From the NCBI RefSeq assembly GCF_036321535.1, contig NC_087461.1, positions 2,728,001 to 2,792,000 of the forward strand: a stretch of DNA of 64,000 nucleotides, read 5' to 3'. A program made the translations under genes and the position numbers. This document shows positions 48,959-61,460 of this stretch, piece by piece. The stretch's first letter is position 1, and the number at the start of each line of letters is the position of its first letter. The DNA comes from Camelus dromedarius (lineage: Eukaryota). Under the pieces are notes generated by a model. That model saw only the letters and a list, made by a program, of their open reading frames with translations. It made no database searches and was not told the origin of the DNA.

Positions 48959-49439
48959 GTAGGGACATGCCTCCGGTTTAACTTGGGTGCTTACGAGGGG
49001 TTTAATGAAGACGTGGGCAAGGTGTGGAGAGACCACAGGCACCCCCTGTCAGCACTCCTGGGCCCTTGGGCTGAGGGAGGGGCTGGTGCTGGGAGCCACT
49101 CTGGGGAGCTGCCCCAAGGAGGCAGTGACCATTTAAGGGACACTGGGACCAGCTGGAAGTGGCTGCTTTGCTGAGCTCGTGACCAGTACATCTCGTGACC
49201 TCTCCTGGACCTCTGAAGAATCAAAATTCATCTTTCCCAGAAGTGGCACTGTGTCCTCTGCTCCCTACATCAGCCAACGGGCCACCACCCACTCGGCCAC
49301 CCAGACCAGACAGTCCATCAGCAAGATCCACTGAGTGTTCTGCCGGGAGCTCAGAATCTGTCTCTCGATCTCTGCTCCCGCCGTCCGCCTTATTAAGATT
49401 CTCAGGATATGGGAGCAGCCTCTGTAACCCTGCCACATT

Positions 49440-49950
49440 TTCCCAGTTCCAGTCCACTGTCCACGTGGCAGCAGAAGGGGACCATTCAGTGTGACCATGT
49501 CGCCTTCTTGCTTAAAAGTCCTTTGCTTCTGGCCTAGAAGCCCCGGCTGAGCTGGCCTCTGCCTACTCCTGGCCTCTTTTCTTCCTGCAGACACTCTGCG
49601 CCAATCATTTGAAACTCCCTGGGTTCCTGGAATAAAACATGTTCTTTCTAGTCTCCTCACCCTTGTGCATACTGTTCTCTTTACCTAGAAATCTTGTTAT
49701 TATCTTTTTCTGGAATCTGGTTAACACCGGTTTCTAATGTAAGGCACAATTCAGCACCACCTCCTCCAGGAAGCCCTCCTGTCTCCCCTGACTCATGTTC
49801 TGTCCACAGCCCTCGTCACGCTATCTTGTCCTTATTTACTTCCCACTCTTCTCCACTCGTCAGAGCTCACCGAGTGCAGGGACCGATCTAACTCATGACT
49901 CTCTGCCTAGCCCCTCGCTCAGCGCCTGGCACATACGGGAGGCCCGGGAA
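49440..49950 (+). mobile_element. L2
   Basis: ctgtccacgtggcagcagaaggg...ccttcttgcttaaaagtcc...cacctcctccaggaagccctcc...cagcgcctggcacata. Confidence 0.75.
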
Positions 49951-50789
49951 GAGCTGAAATTATTTGATTGCTATTATCTGTGTGTTTCCGCGTGAAATGG
50001 GGCACATGTGCTTGAACTGGGCAGCAGCAGGGGGAGTTCCGGGAAGGTTGGGTCCTATCCCACAGCTGAGCTTGAGGCAGAGGAACCCCTTTGGGGAGTG
50101 GGTGGTAGGAGCCACCCCAGAGAGGGGACCGGGGCCCACGGGCAGATGAAGTGGGCTCTGCCTATGTCCCTGAGCACATGCTGAGGGCTGTTGGTGGCCC
50201 AGGGCTTGAAACAGTAACTTCGTCATAAACGTTTGCTGGGAAGTGGCTCTCCAGGGTGAAGGGGGCCTGTCCCCTGCTGGACGGAGGCTGAGGGACGGCT
50301 TGGTCACCATCTTCAGACTCTCTGCACTGAAGATTCACAGTCTCAACTTTTTCTTGGTATTTGAGGTTTTCTGAAATTGTCGTCATCAACAAGAACCGAT
50401 GATCCATGTGCAAGACTCTGTGCCCACAGCATGAGCTAGGAGGTCAGAGAGCCTGTGAATGTCAGAGGCGCCAAAGCACAGAGAGCACACTGCCTCACAC
50501 GCCCCGACGTTGCCACCTGGCTCTTGTGGAAAAGCGCCAAATACACGAGCAAAGCGCTCTCTCTCGCTGTCTCCATGGAAGTGTTGGCAGTGGTTTCCCC
50601 AGATGGTAGCATCTGAGTGACAGCTTTTCTGTATCATTTCAGTTTCCTCTGCTGAGCAAGTAGTATCGTGGCCAGACACAAATAAATCTAGATTTTTGCA
50701 TTTGGGGATAGTTGTGGTTGTGGTTTTTTCTCTAAAGAAGGAAACACAATCGTTTGACCGCGTAGCCCTGCCCTGTCTATGCTCTCCAG

Positions 50790-50848
50790 TGAGGGACCGC
50801 CCCGTGGTCCAGATGATGGCGCGGAGGCAAGGGAAGTCTTCAGCTCAG
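50790..50848 (+). pseudogene. AKR1E2: AKR1E2 exon 7 remnant (..RPVVQMMARRQGKSSAQ), 59 nt, frameshifting deletion
   Basis: AG/GT intact; 14 nt shorter than the 73-nt exon implied by the human protein. Confidence 0.8.
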
Positions 50849-51131
50849 GTAGGCGGGGGCTGCTTCCTTGGTAAAACGTCCGGCTGCCTGGGGACAGGAC
50901 GTGTTCATGAGTTCTCCTTACGGCGTCTGTAGGTCCTCTGAGCTTCTCCTGGACCTGCTCAGGAAATGCCAGTTTTGTTTCTAAAGGACTTTAGAATGAA
51001 AGAACTTGTAATAAAAGGTGCCCTGGCTTTTGGACTTTGCTGCACAATGAAAAGTGAGTGGTAGGGGAAAGGACTGAGCTCTGACTCTGGGTGACCCCGT
51101 GTCTGATACTGGACTTTGTTCCCCCCTGCAG

Positions 51132-51215
51132 ATTTTGATCTGATTTCAGATCCAGAGGAATGTGATAGTGATTCCCAAATCCATCAACCTACAGCGGATT
51201 CTTGAGAATATCCAG
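51132..51215 (+). pseudogene. AKR1E2: AKR1E2 exon 8 (ILI*FQIQRNVIVIPKSINLQRILENIQ): TGA at 51141-51143, donor GAAAGT
   Basis: 84 nt; CGA>TGA; +2 T>A. Confidence 0.9.
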
Positions 51216-52276
51216 GAAAGTGTGTCCTCCATTTGCATCATCGGGTTTGGAATCCGCTGTTAGCTCCAGGCAGGGGTGGGGTGACCTCTGCAGCCGGTGA
51301 CCTCTGCAGCCAGCGGCCCCGCCCTCTGTGGCTTTGACACTGCAAGGGGTGGGAGGACGGGAGTGGAGACTGGCCCTCCCAGCCTGGGAGCTGGCGAACT
51401 GGACTGAATGGGACAGGGAGAGGTGATGAGGGGACAGGGGTGCAGCCAGAGCTCTCGGGGCTGCCCGCCCAGCCAGCTACCTGTCCCCCGCCCCCAGGGC
51501 CGCCCAGTAATGCCGCACCCAGGCTGCCTTAGCCCTGACGTGTCCAGGCTCTTCCAGAGCTGTTCACGCTCTCCCCTTCACCCAGACTATGCCCGGCCCC
51601 AGCTCTCCCTCCAGGCAGAACTTTAGTTGTCACTGAGTCTCTAGACTTGGGGTAGAGGACCCACTGTGGGAAGAGGCCAGGCAATGCTCTGTCCCCTCCC
51701 GGGCTCTGCTCCTCCCCCTGGCCCCCAGCAACTCAGCTGTGGGTTCAGGGCTGGCTCTTGGGGTGGAAAGGTCTCACTGCAGGCTAGCGCCTTATAGTCC
51801 AGGAGTGTTGGGGGGGGGCAGCTTAGAATACTGCTTTCGAAGGAACAGAAATAAAAATGACACTGTGTACAGATACTATGAGTGTTAATGGTCCTGGGGA
51901 GCAAGTATCTCCCTCGCTGGTGGCGGAAGGAAGAAATGTTGTAGCTGTTTGTGTGGTTTTTTTTGGGGGGGGGGGTGTTGTTTTTGTTTCTTGTTTGTTT
52001 TTTGCGTGTGTTGGGGAAAGTTCTGTTCTGGAACGTCCTGTGCACTGCAGGCCGGGGGCAGCACACACCCATCCCTGCACGCGTTTCCTGAGCAGCCGGG
52101 CTGAGCCCGCAGGGCGGTCGGAGCCCACGTGCCCTTGGGGCCCCAGAGGACGTTCAGGGGAAGGTCAGGGTCACAGGAAGCTCTGTCCCTACAGGCCCGA
52201 AGCGCTCTGTGGCCGGCCTAACTCAACTAAAAGCCACTGAACTAAACTTCCTGTAAATGTTTCCTTCCGGTTCCAG

Positions 52277-52359
52277 GTGTTTGATTTCGGATTATCAGAG
52301 GAGGACGTGACCGACCTGCTCGGCCTGGACCGGAGTGTCCGCTTGGCCGCGTTCCCCAT
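52277..52359 (+). pseudogene. AKR1E2: AKR1E2 exon 9 (VFDFGLSEEDVTDLLGLDRSVRLAAFP)
   Basis: 83 nt, AG/GT intact. Confidence 0.9.
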
Positions 52360-52630
52360 GTAAACACCGCTCTTCCCCTCCTTGCAAAGCGGAGGGAGCG
52401 GCGTCGGCGCCCCAGGCTGGGCCCTGCACAGGCGTTTCCTAGGTACCTCTGGGGGCCAGTTAAACCTCCTCCTCGTCATTCTCCCCTGTCCGTGGACGGG
52501 CCACTTTGGAGGCCAATCTAAAGACTAAACCAGGCCACAAGGGAGTTCAAAACTACAGAAATGTATCTTTTTAATGCTTCTGTTGAAAACAATAACCCTT
52601 CTCTGCTTCTATTTTTGACTTGCTTTTCAG

Positions 52631-52673
52631 AGCTGGAAGTCACAAGGACTATCCCTTCAGAGCAGAGCGCTGA
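52631..52673 (+). pseudogene. AKR1E2: AKR1E2 exon 10 (AGSHKDYPFRAER*)
   Basis: 43 nt after ttttcag. Confidence 0.85.
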
Positions 52674-53154
52674 GGCCCGACTCGGCCCAGACGTCCTCTC
52701 CCAGGCGCAGGCAGCTCTGGCCGGGGGCGGGGTGGGGATGTGGGGGGTCCCGCCTGCAGCCGGAGTGCCCGGAGGAAGCCGGGAGCCGCTGCGGGCTGTT
52801 TTTTTTCTCCCTGGGGTTCATCTGGGCTTTTTGGTCTTATGCCCCTAATGCTCAGTAATCGTGCTGCTTGGTAACAGCAGTGCCAAACCCCAAGCCTGCC
52901 ATGAAGTTCCAGCATTCGTTTTCATAGAATGGGGTGTGTTTCAGCCTAACCACTGGTTTTCATTGTCCCGACTAAACTGGTCCTGTTTCTATTCGCACTT
53001 CCTCCAGTCTGCTCTGGGCAGAATTTCGTCTTCAGGTTACACAATAAACGGTAGGAGGGCCTACAGCTGGAGGCACCTCCAAATTCTTTCGATGGTGGAT
53101 TAAAAGGAATCCAAAAGGGACCTGGAGATGTGGAGCTGCTACCAATTTCCTAAT

Positions 53155-54600
53155 TTCTCTTTTTAAAGTAAACTTTTATTTTGAGGTAATTGGAGATTCA
53201 CATGCAGTTGAAAGAAACAATACAGAGAAACCCTTTGTTCCCTCTACTCAGTTTCCATCAATGTTACCATCTTACAAAACGGCAGCTCCATGACGCAACC
53301 AAGACAGTGACACTGACAAACTCCTGATCTCACTCAGGTCCCCCGGATTCGTGTTGCGAGCGTGTTTAGTTCTGTGTGATTCTGTCATGTGTGTTTCATG
53401 AACCCTTGGCCACTCAGGACACAGAACACCTCCATCACCCCGGGGTCCCTTTTATAACTCTTCCTCCTCTGCCGCCCCACTCCCTCCTTTAATTCCCCAG
53501 CTTTCTTGGGGTGCAATTGACAAACTCTGATTTTTAAGTGTACAACGTGATAATCTGATACATGTGCACATCGTGGAAGGATTCCCACAGTCAGATTAGT
53601 TAGCACCCATCGCCTCACGCAGTTCCCTTTTTCCTGTATGTCGTGAGAAGGCTTACGACTTACTTGAATAGAGGAGAGGTCGGATACTAGCACGGTCAAT
53701 ATAAAAGTCAGTTTTTAAAATTAGAGTCGTTATAAACCAGAAGTACTGTTCTCGCCGGCAGTTCCATCAATTCGGTCGGTTGGTGCCATTGAGAAGTGAT
53801 CCCCGTAATCTGCTAATTAACACATCCGACTCCTCTCAGTTACCTTTTTTTCTTTTTGTTCATGTTTTGGTGAGACCCCTTAAGCGCTGTTCTCTAAGCA
53901 AATTTCAGTTAGACAGTACAGTGTGATTACCTGTAGTCACCACGCCGTGCATTAGGTCCTCAGGACAGCAAGTAAGTTGTAAGGAACATTGTATAACTGA
54001 AAACTGCCACCCTTTGACAAACATCTCCCCGCTTCCCCTACTCTGATGGCATGCATGTGAGATCTTTTCTTATTGTTCCACAGGCCCCAAGGCTCTGTTC
54101 CTTTAAAAAAAAAAAATTTAGGTTCCTTTCTCTCTCTGGTTCCCACTGGATAATTTACATTGTTTCGTCTTCCAGCACACGAATTACTTCCTCTGTTCTT
54201 TCAAATCTATTGGATCAATTCACTGAGTTTTAAATTCTTATGAGTGTATTTTTCAGTTCTAAAATTTCCATATGGTTTTTCTTTATCTCTTCTATTTCTG
54301 TTGTGGGATTCTCCATGTCTTTGTTGAAGTGTTCTATTTTTGTTGTTGTTGTTGTTTTTAGTTTGTCCCCAGTTACCTGTGATGGCTGGTTGAAACATTC
54401 TTATGATGGCTGCTTTAAACCCTCGGTCAGATAATTCTAATATGGCAGTCATCTTGGTGTAGGAATCTGTTGCTTTGCTCTTTTTAAATTCAGTTTGATG
54501 CTTTTCTTATTTTTGGTATAATGAGTAATTTTTAATCAATATCTGGACATTTTGGGTATTGTTTATTCATTAAATTCTAGATCCCTTTGAAAAAAATTTT
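53155..54600 (-). mobile_element. Cluster of nested antisense old L1 fragments (3' ends and ORF1 region)
   Basis: ttttattttgaggtaattggagattcacatgcagttg...; cagctttcttggggtgcaattgac...; atgatggctgctttaaaccctcggtcagataattctaa. Confidence 0.75.
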
Positions 54601-55089
54601 TAGACCCCTTTGAAAAGTCTTATAAAATTATATACTCAATGTGAATATACAACTCACATTGTGAATTCTGTGAATGTGGTAAATTCACAGAACAAAAGTA
54701 AAGAACACGGAACTACAGACAGGTGAAGAGCTAGACTTGGAAAATTTGGAAAATACACCGCGGTTAGCTTTTTCTGAGGGATCCTGGTCACCTGTGATCA
54801 CTTCCAGGGCTGTCAGCATTTCAGTCTCAGTTACACAGGGGGAAAAAAAAGACAGATAAACAAAAAAAAAAGGCCAAATAGCAGTAGATGAGATTGTTCA
54901 AACTGTATCTTTACTTTGAGGGGAAAAGACTGGGTTTGGAAACTTTTATTTCCTGATCCAGGGACTCCAGCCTTATCGTGACTGATAAGACCAAGTGACG
55001 TGGGATGAAGCAGGTGTGTTCTCATCCTTGAGAGGTCCTCCATCATCAGCCAAAATCCAAGAACGCTGGCCCAGCCACAGACACTGTCG

Positions 55090-55132
55090 TTAACAGTCAT
55101 CATGAGATGGATGAGTTGGATGATGAGAATAT
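55090..55132 (-). pseudogene. AKR1C-like exon 9 (YSHHPTHPSHDDC*); acceptor reads TG instead of AG
   Basis: 43 nt like human AKR1C exon 9; the next AG, 12 nt upstream, would add an in-frame TGA (55132-55134). Confidence 0.7.
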
Positions 55133-55971
55133 CAAAAAAGGTATCTAAAGGGAGAGCCTTAGTCAGGTTTCAGGGCTGGGTAAAGAGTGGTTCCTTTTAA
55201 CTAGCTTAAGTATGAAAATTAATGTAATTTCCTTTTTGGACAAGTACAAACCCAACTGGTTTTATAAAAACCGTATACAATTGCATTACAGTGTAACGAA
55301 CACATTGTAGGAAATAAATACACTTACATGTACTTGGGCACACATGCAAAACACAAACCAGTATATGCCGTGTTTGTAGGTATATGATTCTACAACTCAG
55401 GGACATAGACTACTTGTGTTGACTTTATAAACTGCCAAGAGGGCAGAAATGAATTCTGCTCCTTTTACCACAGTGCCAGTTTGTGGTGTAATACAAAAAT
55501 TAACAAATATTTCAAGGTGATGACGAGGAAGGTGATAAAAATCTCTCTCTTGTTCAGTGTCTTTCATGCACTCAGACATAATTTATCTATGACTTTACTG
55601 GATGAAAAATATATATTGGATCTAAAGATGGACAGAAGGATTATAATGTAAGTCATTTCAACAGGGGCTTCCGTTTAGCAAGAGAGGTAAACTCTGTTTT
55701 CAAAGTACATTGATTTTTGTTTAGACCAGTGAGTAGGACAAAGAAGAGAGAAAAGAGAGTTGAAAAATTGGTGCAAAGGATGTCGTACTGACAGATCCTG
55801 GAGTTTCAGCAGAGGAAGGGCAGAAGAACGGGGGGAGACAGTGGTACGAGGGCTTGAAGGAAATATGTTTTCAGCCACTTTCCTAAAAGAAGAGGCAAGA
55901 GAAGACTCTGCCCTTTGTGGACTAGAATAAACGGAATCCCTTCGCTGTCCGGCCGCGCAGCGCCTACTTAC

Positions 55972-56054
55972 GGCTCATCATCCATGTAGTGCATGTCCCT
56001 GTTTAAGCCGTCCAGCCTCTCCATGTCCTCGGGAGTCAACTGAAAATCAAAAAC
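55972..56054 (-). pseudogene. AKR1C-like exon 8 (VFDFQLTPEDMERLDGLNRDMHYMDDEP)
   Basis: 83 nt, AG/GTAAGT. Confidence 0.9.
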
Positions 56055-56641
56055 CTACCAGAAACGTGAGAAGATCAAATCAATTTCCAGAGGCAATGAC
56101 TGCACACCCCCCTCCCCTCCACACACACAGACACACAACTGTATGTAGGAATTCATGAAGGTTTCATGAGACAGTTGTCTTAAACCTGGGGTTCATCCCC
56201 TGGCAAAAGTCATGGGCATTCATCCACCAGAGCGTTGACACTGGCAGTTCAGATGGCCCTCAGAGACTTTCACTGAGTGCCCGTGGCCGTGGCGAAGCAA
56301 CCCTAGGGATTCTGGAGCCCAGATCTCATCTCATCTGACTCCATCATTTTGCAGCTGAGAAATCAAGGGATGATTTACTGAGGGCCGTATGGTTGAGTGA
56401 AAACTGGGATTCAGACTCAAGCTTGATCCTCTGTTGGCTGTTCTTTCCAATCACCATGCCCCCCCCCCCTTGCAGGAGGTGGAGGACAGAACAGTTAAAC
56501 ACAGCACACAGCCGCAGAGAGCACACAGGCAGATAAGCTTGGCCCATATGCACATTGAGAGCCTCCCAAATAACCCCCACCAGGGGGAAGCAGTGTGCCT
56601 CTGTCCGTCCCTCGCCGCCCACAACCCTGCCGTTTGTATAC

Positions 56642-56819
56642 CTGGAAGTTCTCTTTCATTCTCTCCTCATTGAAGCTCTTGGCCAGGGCCACCCCCCCAC
56701 CCCCCCCACCCCGCTGAAGCTGGTAGCGCAGGGCGACCTGGGCCGGAGTTCGCCCGTGCTTTTCCGCGATGGCGCCGAGGACCGGATCCTGCAGGAGAGC
56801 TGGGTGGTTCTTCTTCACC
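56642..56819 (-). pseudogene. AKR1C-like exon 7 with 12-nt in-frame poly-G expansion
   Basis: [59 protein letters not shown]. Confidence 0.9.
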
Positions 56820-57833
56820 CTGGGAGGGAGGCAGCCCTGCTCTGTGTCCGATACTAGTCACTTCCACCTGGGACAGTGCGTTCAGGCTGGGCATGGCCAA
56901 ACCTCTAGAGTCTTCCTTAAGACCCTCGGGCTGTCTTAATATCTCTTTTGCTTCTTTTGGTAAATCCAAAGAATAAATACAAAAGAAAGCAAGGTGGAAT
57001 GGGGAAATTGGGCATTTTTTTTCATTTTTTAAACATTTCAGAGAAACTCAGTAAAAGATTAAGTCAAGAAGACAAAATTGCCCAAAGACCCAGTCACCAT
57101 CATAATAAACAAGAAGTTTGTAAGAATTTGCTATTTCAAAAAATGCTTTCCACTAATTCTCTGTTTTGTTCTTTTTTGTTTGCTTGTTTGTTTTCCCCAT
57201 GGAAAACCCTCTTGTTTATTTGATTAAACAAAAATGAAATAAGCAGCATAGGAACAACTTTAAAGTCCAAAGAGACACCAACTCTGTTTCAAGCCTGAGG
57301 AAGCTGATACTCCATCTCCTTGCTGCCCTGCCCAGCCTCCTCTGTGGTCCACGTCAGTACGTGCAGAAGCCTGTCAGCTAACACAGGGGGTTTTCAACGC
57401 TTTTTCATTGGTTCTTCACCTGCTCATTGCCTGTCACACCTGAGGCCGGCAGTGCATCATTTAAGATTTAAAGGTAAAAATTCTCAGTTTTGTTCTTAAG
57501 TGCTAAAAGGCACACATCTACATTCCTCTTGAAGAAACTAAACCTTAACAGAAATTGTTCCTTGTCTCATATCCCTCAACTGTTAAGTGTCAGAACCGTG
57601 CCTTGGAGTCACCTTGTCACTCTTAAAAGCCAAAGCATTTGTACTGGACGAACGTTTTAATCAGTCACTTGATTAGTCAATAATGGTTTGTTGAATCCCT
57701 ACAATGTGGGCTAGGGGAAGGGTCTGCAGAGGTGGATGGTCATTGCTGACTATCCTTAACTTCCCCCAGACAGTAGAGAGGTGGCTCTGGAAGGCAGGGT
57801 CTAGGACCAGAGTACCTTTCTAGAGATCATTAC

Positions 57834-57943
57834 CATGCCTTCCTCGAGTCAGACCCCAAAGGGGCGTAAGCAACAAGAAGAATGTCCTTGGATGTGCAGA
57901 ACTCCAGCAGTTTGCTCTGGTTGAGGTAAGGGTGACATTCCAC
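57834..57943 (-). pseudogene. AKR1C-like exon 6 ([37 protein letters not shown])
   Basis: 110 nt, AG/GT. Confidence 0.9.
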
Positions 57944-58398
57944 CTGGAAGTTGCCAAGCAGAAGTCGGTTTACAGGACCGGCAGGACCACCAACACCAGA
58001 TTTACGAGGAACGCCGTCCCATGTTCACGGTGTCAGAAATACTTAGGAAAACCCGCAACACGGGCCAGCACGGCCCTTCACCCGCAGGGGCGCCCGTGCA
58101 GCTCCCGGAGCTTGCCTTTGGACGACAGCCCCGTGGCGGCAGAGCGGAATGAACGGATGAGCTCAGGGCTCGCAGAGGACAAGTGACATGGGAACAGAAA
58201 TGAATAAATAAGAATTAAAAAGTGGTGCAGCCTTTAGAACCATCTTCAGTAACTTAAAATACATTCTGTTCTCTTGAAGCAGCTAATGTCCAAAGGCACA
58301 GGAACGAGAGGGGCGTGTCACTGCTGACTTTGCGGAAATGAGGAGAAAAGAAGCTGGAGAGGAGGGGGAGAGGTGGGGGGCAGATTGATGGGGCTCAC

Positions 58399-58521
58399 CT
58401 GGTTGCAGACAGGCTTGTGCTTGAGCCCTGGCTTGTTCAGGATCTTCTCCAGCTGCTCGTGGTTAAAGTTGGACACACCGATGGACTTGGCCAGTCCTGC
58501 GTCCTTACACTTCTCCATGGC
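58399..58521 (-). pseudogene. AKR1C-like exon 5 ([41 protein letters not shown])
   Basis: 123 nt; acceptor is an atypical GAG. Confidence 0.9.
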
Positions 58522-58929
58522 CTCAGGAGGAAAGGGTAGTGAGGAGTGATCTGTGTAGCTGCCTCGAGAAGCATAATCAAAGGTAGGGTGCTGGGTGGGG
58601 CCGGAATGAGAGAGACTGAGACAGAGCAGGAGAGAGAAAGTCTTCAAAGGTGCAGATGTCAATAAATAAGACAGGAATTGGCCAATAGGAGGAGAGTGAA
58701 AAATAAGATCGTTTTTTAAACAGCTAAGATAGAGTAAGAAAAGAATGCAGGTGGCCAGGGCAGGGCTGAGAGAGCCAGTACAATCTTTAGCTAAACACCT
58801 AGAAAAATCTGATTGAACAACAGCAAAACGAGCCAAGAGGGCAGGAGGTGCGGTCAGGTGCAGTCTGGGAGACAGGAGGGGGCCACGCCGCCTCCCAGAC
58901 CACTGGTTCTGTTTTCTCTTTGACCTCAC

Positions 58930-59380
58930 CTCCCAGGCTCACTCTGCTCCGGCCACACAAGCCCCTTCGCTGGTTTTGAACGTGGTAGGCTCTCTCCTGC
59001 CTTTAATCTCTGCCTCGGCTTCTCTGTGCCTGCGTCACTCTTCCCCTGGTAACCACAGAGCTGATTCCTCATCCCCTGCAAGGCTTTGCTCAGATGCCAC
59101 CTTCCCAAAGGGGCCTGCTCTGCCCATTTTTATTTTTTTTTAGTTGCTTCTCTGCGCCCTAACCCTCACCCCCTCCACACCCACCACTCTCAGTCCCCTT
59201 AATCAGCTTTGCTTTCCCGTATCCCCGCCTGCACCTCTTCCCGCCAACAGCACCAACCAATCTATGGGGCCAGAGAGCCTGGTTTCGTTCATGGATGTAG
59301 CCTGAGCGCTTAGAAGTACTCAGCACTGAGTACGTCACAGGCACTCAATAACTACTTACTGAATTACTAAATGAATAAAA
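58930..59380 (+). mobile_element. L2
   Basis: cactctgctccggccacac...ctttgctcagatgccaccttccc...ggcactcaataac...aatgaataaa. Confidence 0.7.
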
Positions 59381-59526
59381 TGTGAAACCAAGACAGAGGC
59401 ACATTTGGGGACTTGCCCAAGTCTACACAAGGGGGCAGAGTCGGACCACATCCACCTTTCCTGAGTTCTTGTCTGTCCTCTCTCCCCCAGGGTGCAGAGA
59501 CATGGCCTCTTCAGAGCTGCACTCAC

Positions 59527-59604
59527 CTCCCACGTGGCACAGAGATCCACGGGGTCAGAAATGATTTTTCCATGTGTGTCCCTTGGGAAGAAGTCCTCCC
59601 CGGG
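59527..59604 (-). pseudogene. AKR1C-like exon 4 (PGEDFFPRDTHGKIISDPVDLCATWE)
   Basis: 78 nt, AG/GTGAGT. Confidence 0.9.
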
Positions 59605-60324
59605 CTGGGAGACAGGAAAGAATAAGAGACTGGATCAAGCTCCGTCTGGCCTCAGCCAAGCTGTTCCGAGCCTGCAGACCCTGAGGCCAATGGAACAATC
59701 TGTCACTGATCCTGAAAGGAGCTGTAAGGTTAGGCCACCGGGAAAGGTAGTACAGTGGGAAAGTACACTTCCAAGAAATGTTTTTAACTGCTGAAGGGTT
59801 AATAAATACTGTTGTGCCAAGGGCATCTCGAAACACCCAAGGCCCCAAGCTAGTGAGAGCCCAGAGGGCTGCCATGGCTGGGCGGGCTCCTTGGTCCTGG
59901 ACCCTGCGGCATAAGGCCTTCTCACCTCTGCTCTCCACCTGGAGATGGGGGGCGTATACAAGAGCAGCCTGTCAGCACCTCAAGGGCTGAGTCTCATCCT
60001 CACTAAAATTTTCTGTGCCTTCACTGGTCTCCAAGTCAGGACGTTCCCCAGACACCAGTGGGCATGAGGCTGAAATTCATAGAGCACGGGGCCTTGAAAG
60101 TGTAGACAGGCGCCCACAAGATCGAGGCAAACACGCTGAGACCATTAAACCCTTGTCAGTCTGAGGCTGGCATAGTAAACTGGGGTGGGGACAGTTGCAG
60201 GGAAAAAAAAAAAAAACAAATCAAAGTATTATATATGTTTCTTCCCACTTTCACAAACTGCATCCTCCTTCTGTTTAGCTGCCAGTGTTTAGGTTGTAGC
60301 CAAAGTACAGTAACTTTCGCTAAC

Positions 60325-60441
60325 CTTCAAGGCTATCAGCTAATGAATAAGATGAAGACCCACGTAGCTCAGCTGGAGTTTCCTCAGTGACCTTTGCGGG
60401 CCAGTTTGGGCCAACTCTGGGCGGAAGAAGGGGCCCCACAC
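60325..60441 (-). pseudogene. AKR1C-like exon 3 (VWGPFFRPELAQTGPQRSLRKLQLSYVGLHLIH*LIALK), TAG at 60340-60342
   Basis: 117 nt, AG/GT; stop directly after the His117 equivalent. Confidence 0.9.
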
Positions 60442-61059
60442 CTGCAGTGGTTGAAAGAGAAGTGGGGCGGGGTTTCGTATTTAGGAGTCCTTAGGAGAGG
60501 TTTAATACACCCACCACCAAAAACCCGCTCATGGTCGTTGGAAAGTGACAAGTCATCCCGCGAAGCCCAGATTCTTTGTCATCATAGCTCATTCTCATAC
60601 TGAATTCCGTAGAAAATAAAAATATGGTCTTACAAAGACATTTTCAAAACTCAGAATACAAAGGAATTATTTGGTTTGCTTGTGCAAAATATATCCATGG
60701 CTTCTCCCTCAACCGTTGTAAATCACAGTATCTGGAGGCTGGGCTGGGAAACCGCACTTCAGACGAGCACTTCAAGTGATTGTGATTCTGGAAATTCTCT
60801 CTTGACTGTATTAAGAGTTTGTTGTTTTTTTTTTTTTTTCCAAAGAAAGGCCCATTAGGAACTTTCTGGGGGGTGGCATTTTAGTCACTTCATTTTAAGG
60901 AGAAATAGCCTAAGGAAAATCCATCAAAATTCCTAAAGGTAAAGAAATAAAAGGATCCCATGAGAAGAGGCTTAAAAGATGGGAGTTGAGAGGGTGAGAG
61001 CTGTAGGGACACCACATCTAAACACAGCCATGCGGATTCAAATTCTGGAGCTAGAAGGA

Positions 61060-61311
61060 AGAAAGAGGAGTAGGGAGAATAAATTAGGAGTTTAGGATTC
61101 ACATACACACACACTACTATGTGTAAAATAAACAACAAAGACCTACTATACAGCACAGGAAAATGTATTTGATATATTGCAATAACTTACAATGGAAAAG
61201 AATCTGAAAAAATGCATATATGTGTGTGTGTGTGTGTGTAACTGAATCGCTTTGTTGTATGCCTAAAACTAACACAACATTGTAAATCAACTATACTTCA
61301 ATTTAAAAAAA
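61060..61311 (+). mobile_element. LINE-1 3' end (artiodactyl type)
   Basis: ataaattaggagtttaggatt...tatacagcacaggaa...aacacaacattgtaaatcaactatacttcaattt. Confidence 0.9.
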
Positions 61312-61318
61312 GGAATAC

Positions 61319-61460
61319 TCAGCAGGGAGGGTACAGCTCAAGTGGCAGAGCGCATGCTTAGCATGCACGAGGTCCTGGGTTCAATCCCCAGCATCTCCAC
61401 TGAAAAACCAAATAAATACATAAGCCTAATTACCTCCCCCTGCAAAAAAAATTAAAAAAT
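61319..61460 (+). mobile_element. tRNA-Ala-derived SINE (Vic-1-like) with 14-bp TSD, inserted in the L1 tail
   Basis: tRNA-like head 61325-61399, B box GGTTCAATCCC; AAAAAAAGGAATAC at 61305-61318 and 61461-61474. Confidence 0.85.

Larger units (their letters stand above)
46431..52673 (+). pseudogene. AKR1E2: AKR1E2 (1,5-anhydro-D-fructose reductase-type AKR) unprocessed pseudogene; exons 1 and 6-10 present, 2-5 absent
   Basis: Exon peptides match AKR1E2 as recalled; lesions given per exon; AATAAA at 53043-53048. Confidence 0.9.

Noticed and set aside
50290-50680. Possible processed pseudogene in the AKR1E2 intron
   Set aside because: No frame matches a protein I know; more likely an old repeat
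61325-61399. Functional tRNA-Ala gene
   Set aside because: Followed by a SINE tail and flanked by a TSD; stems have mismatches
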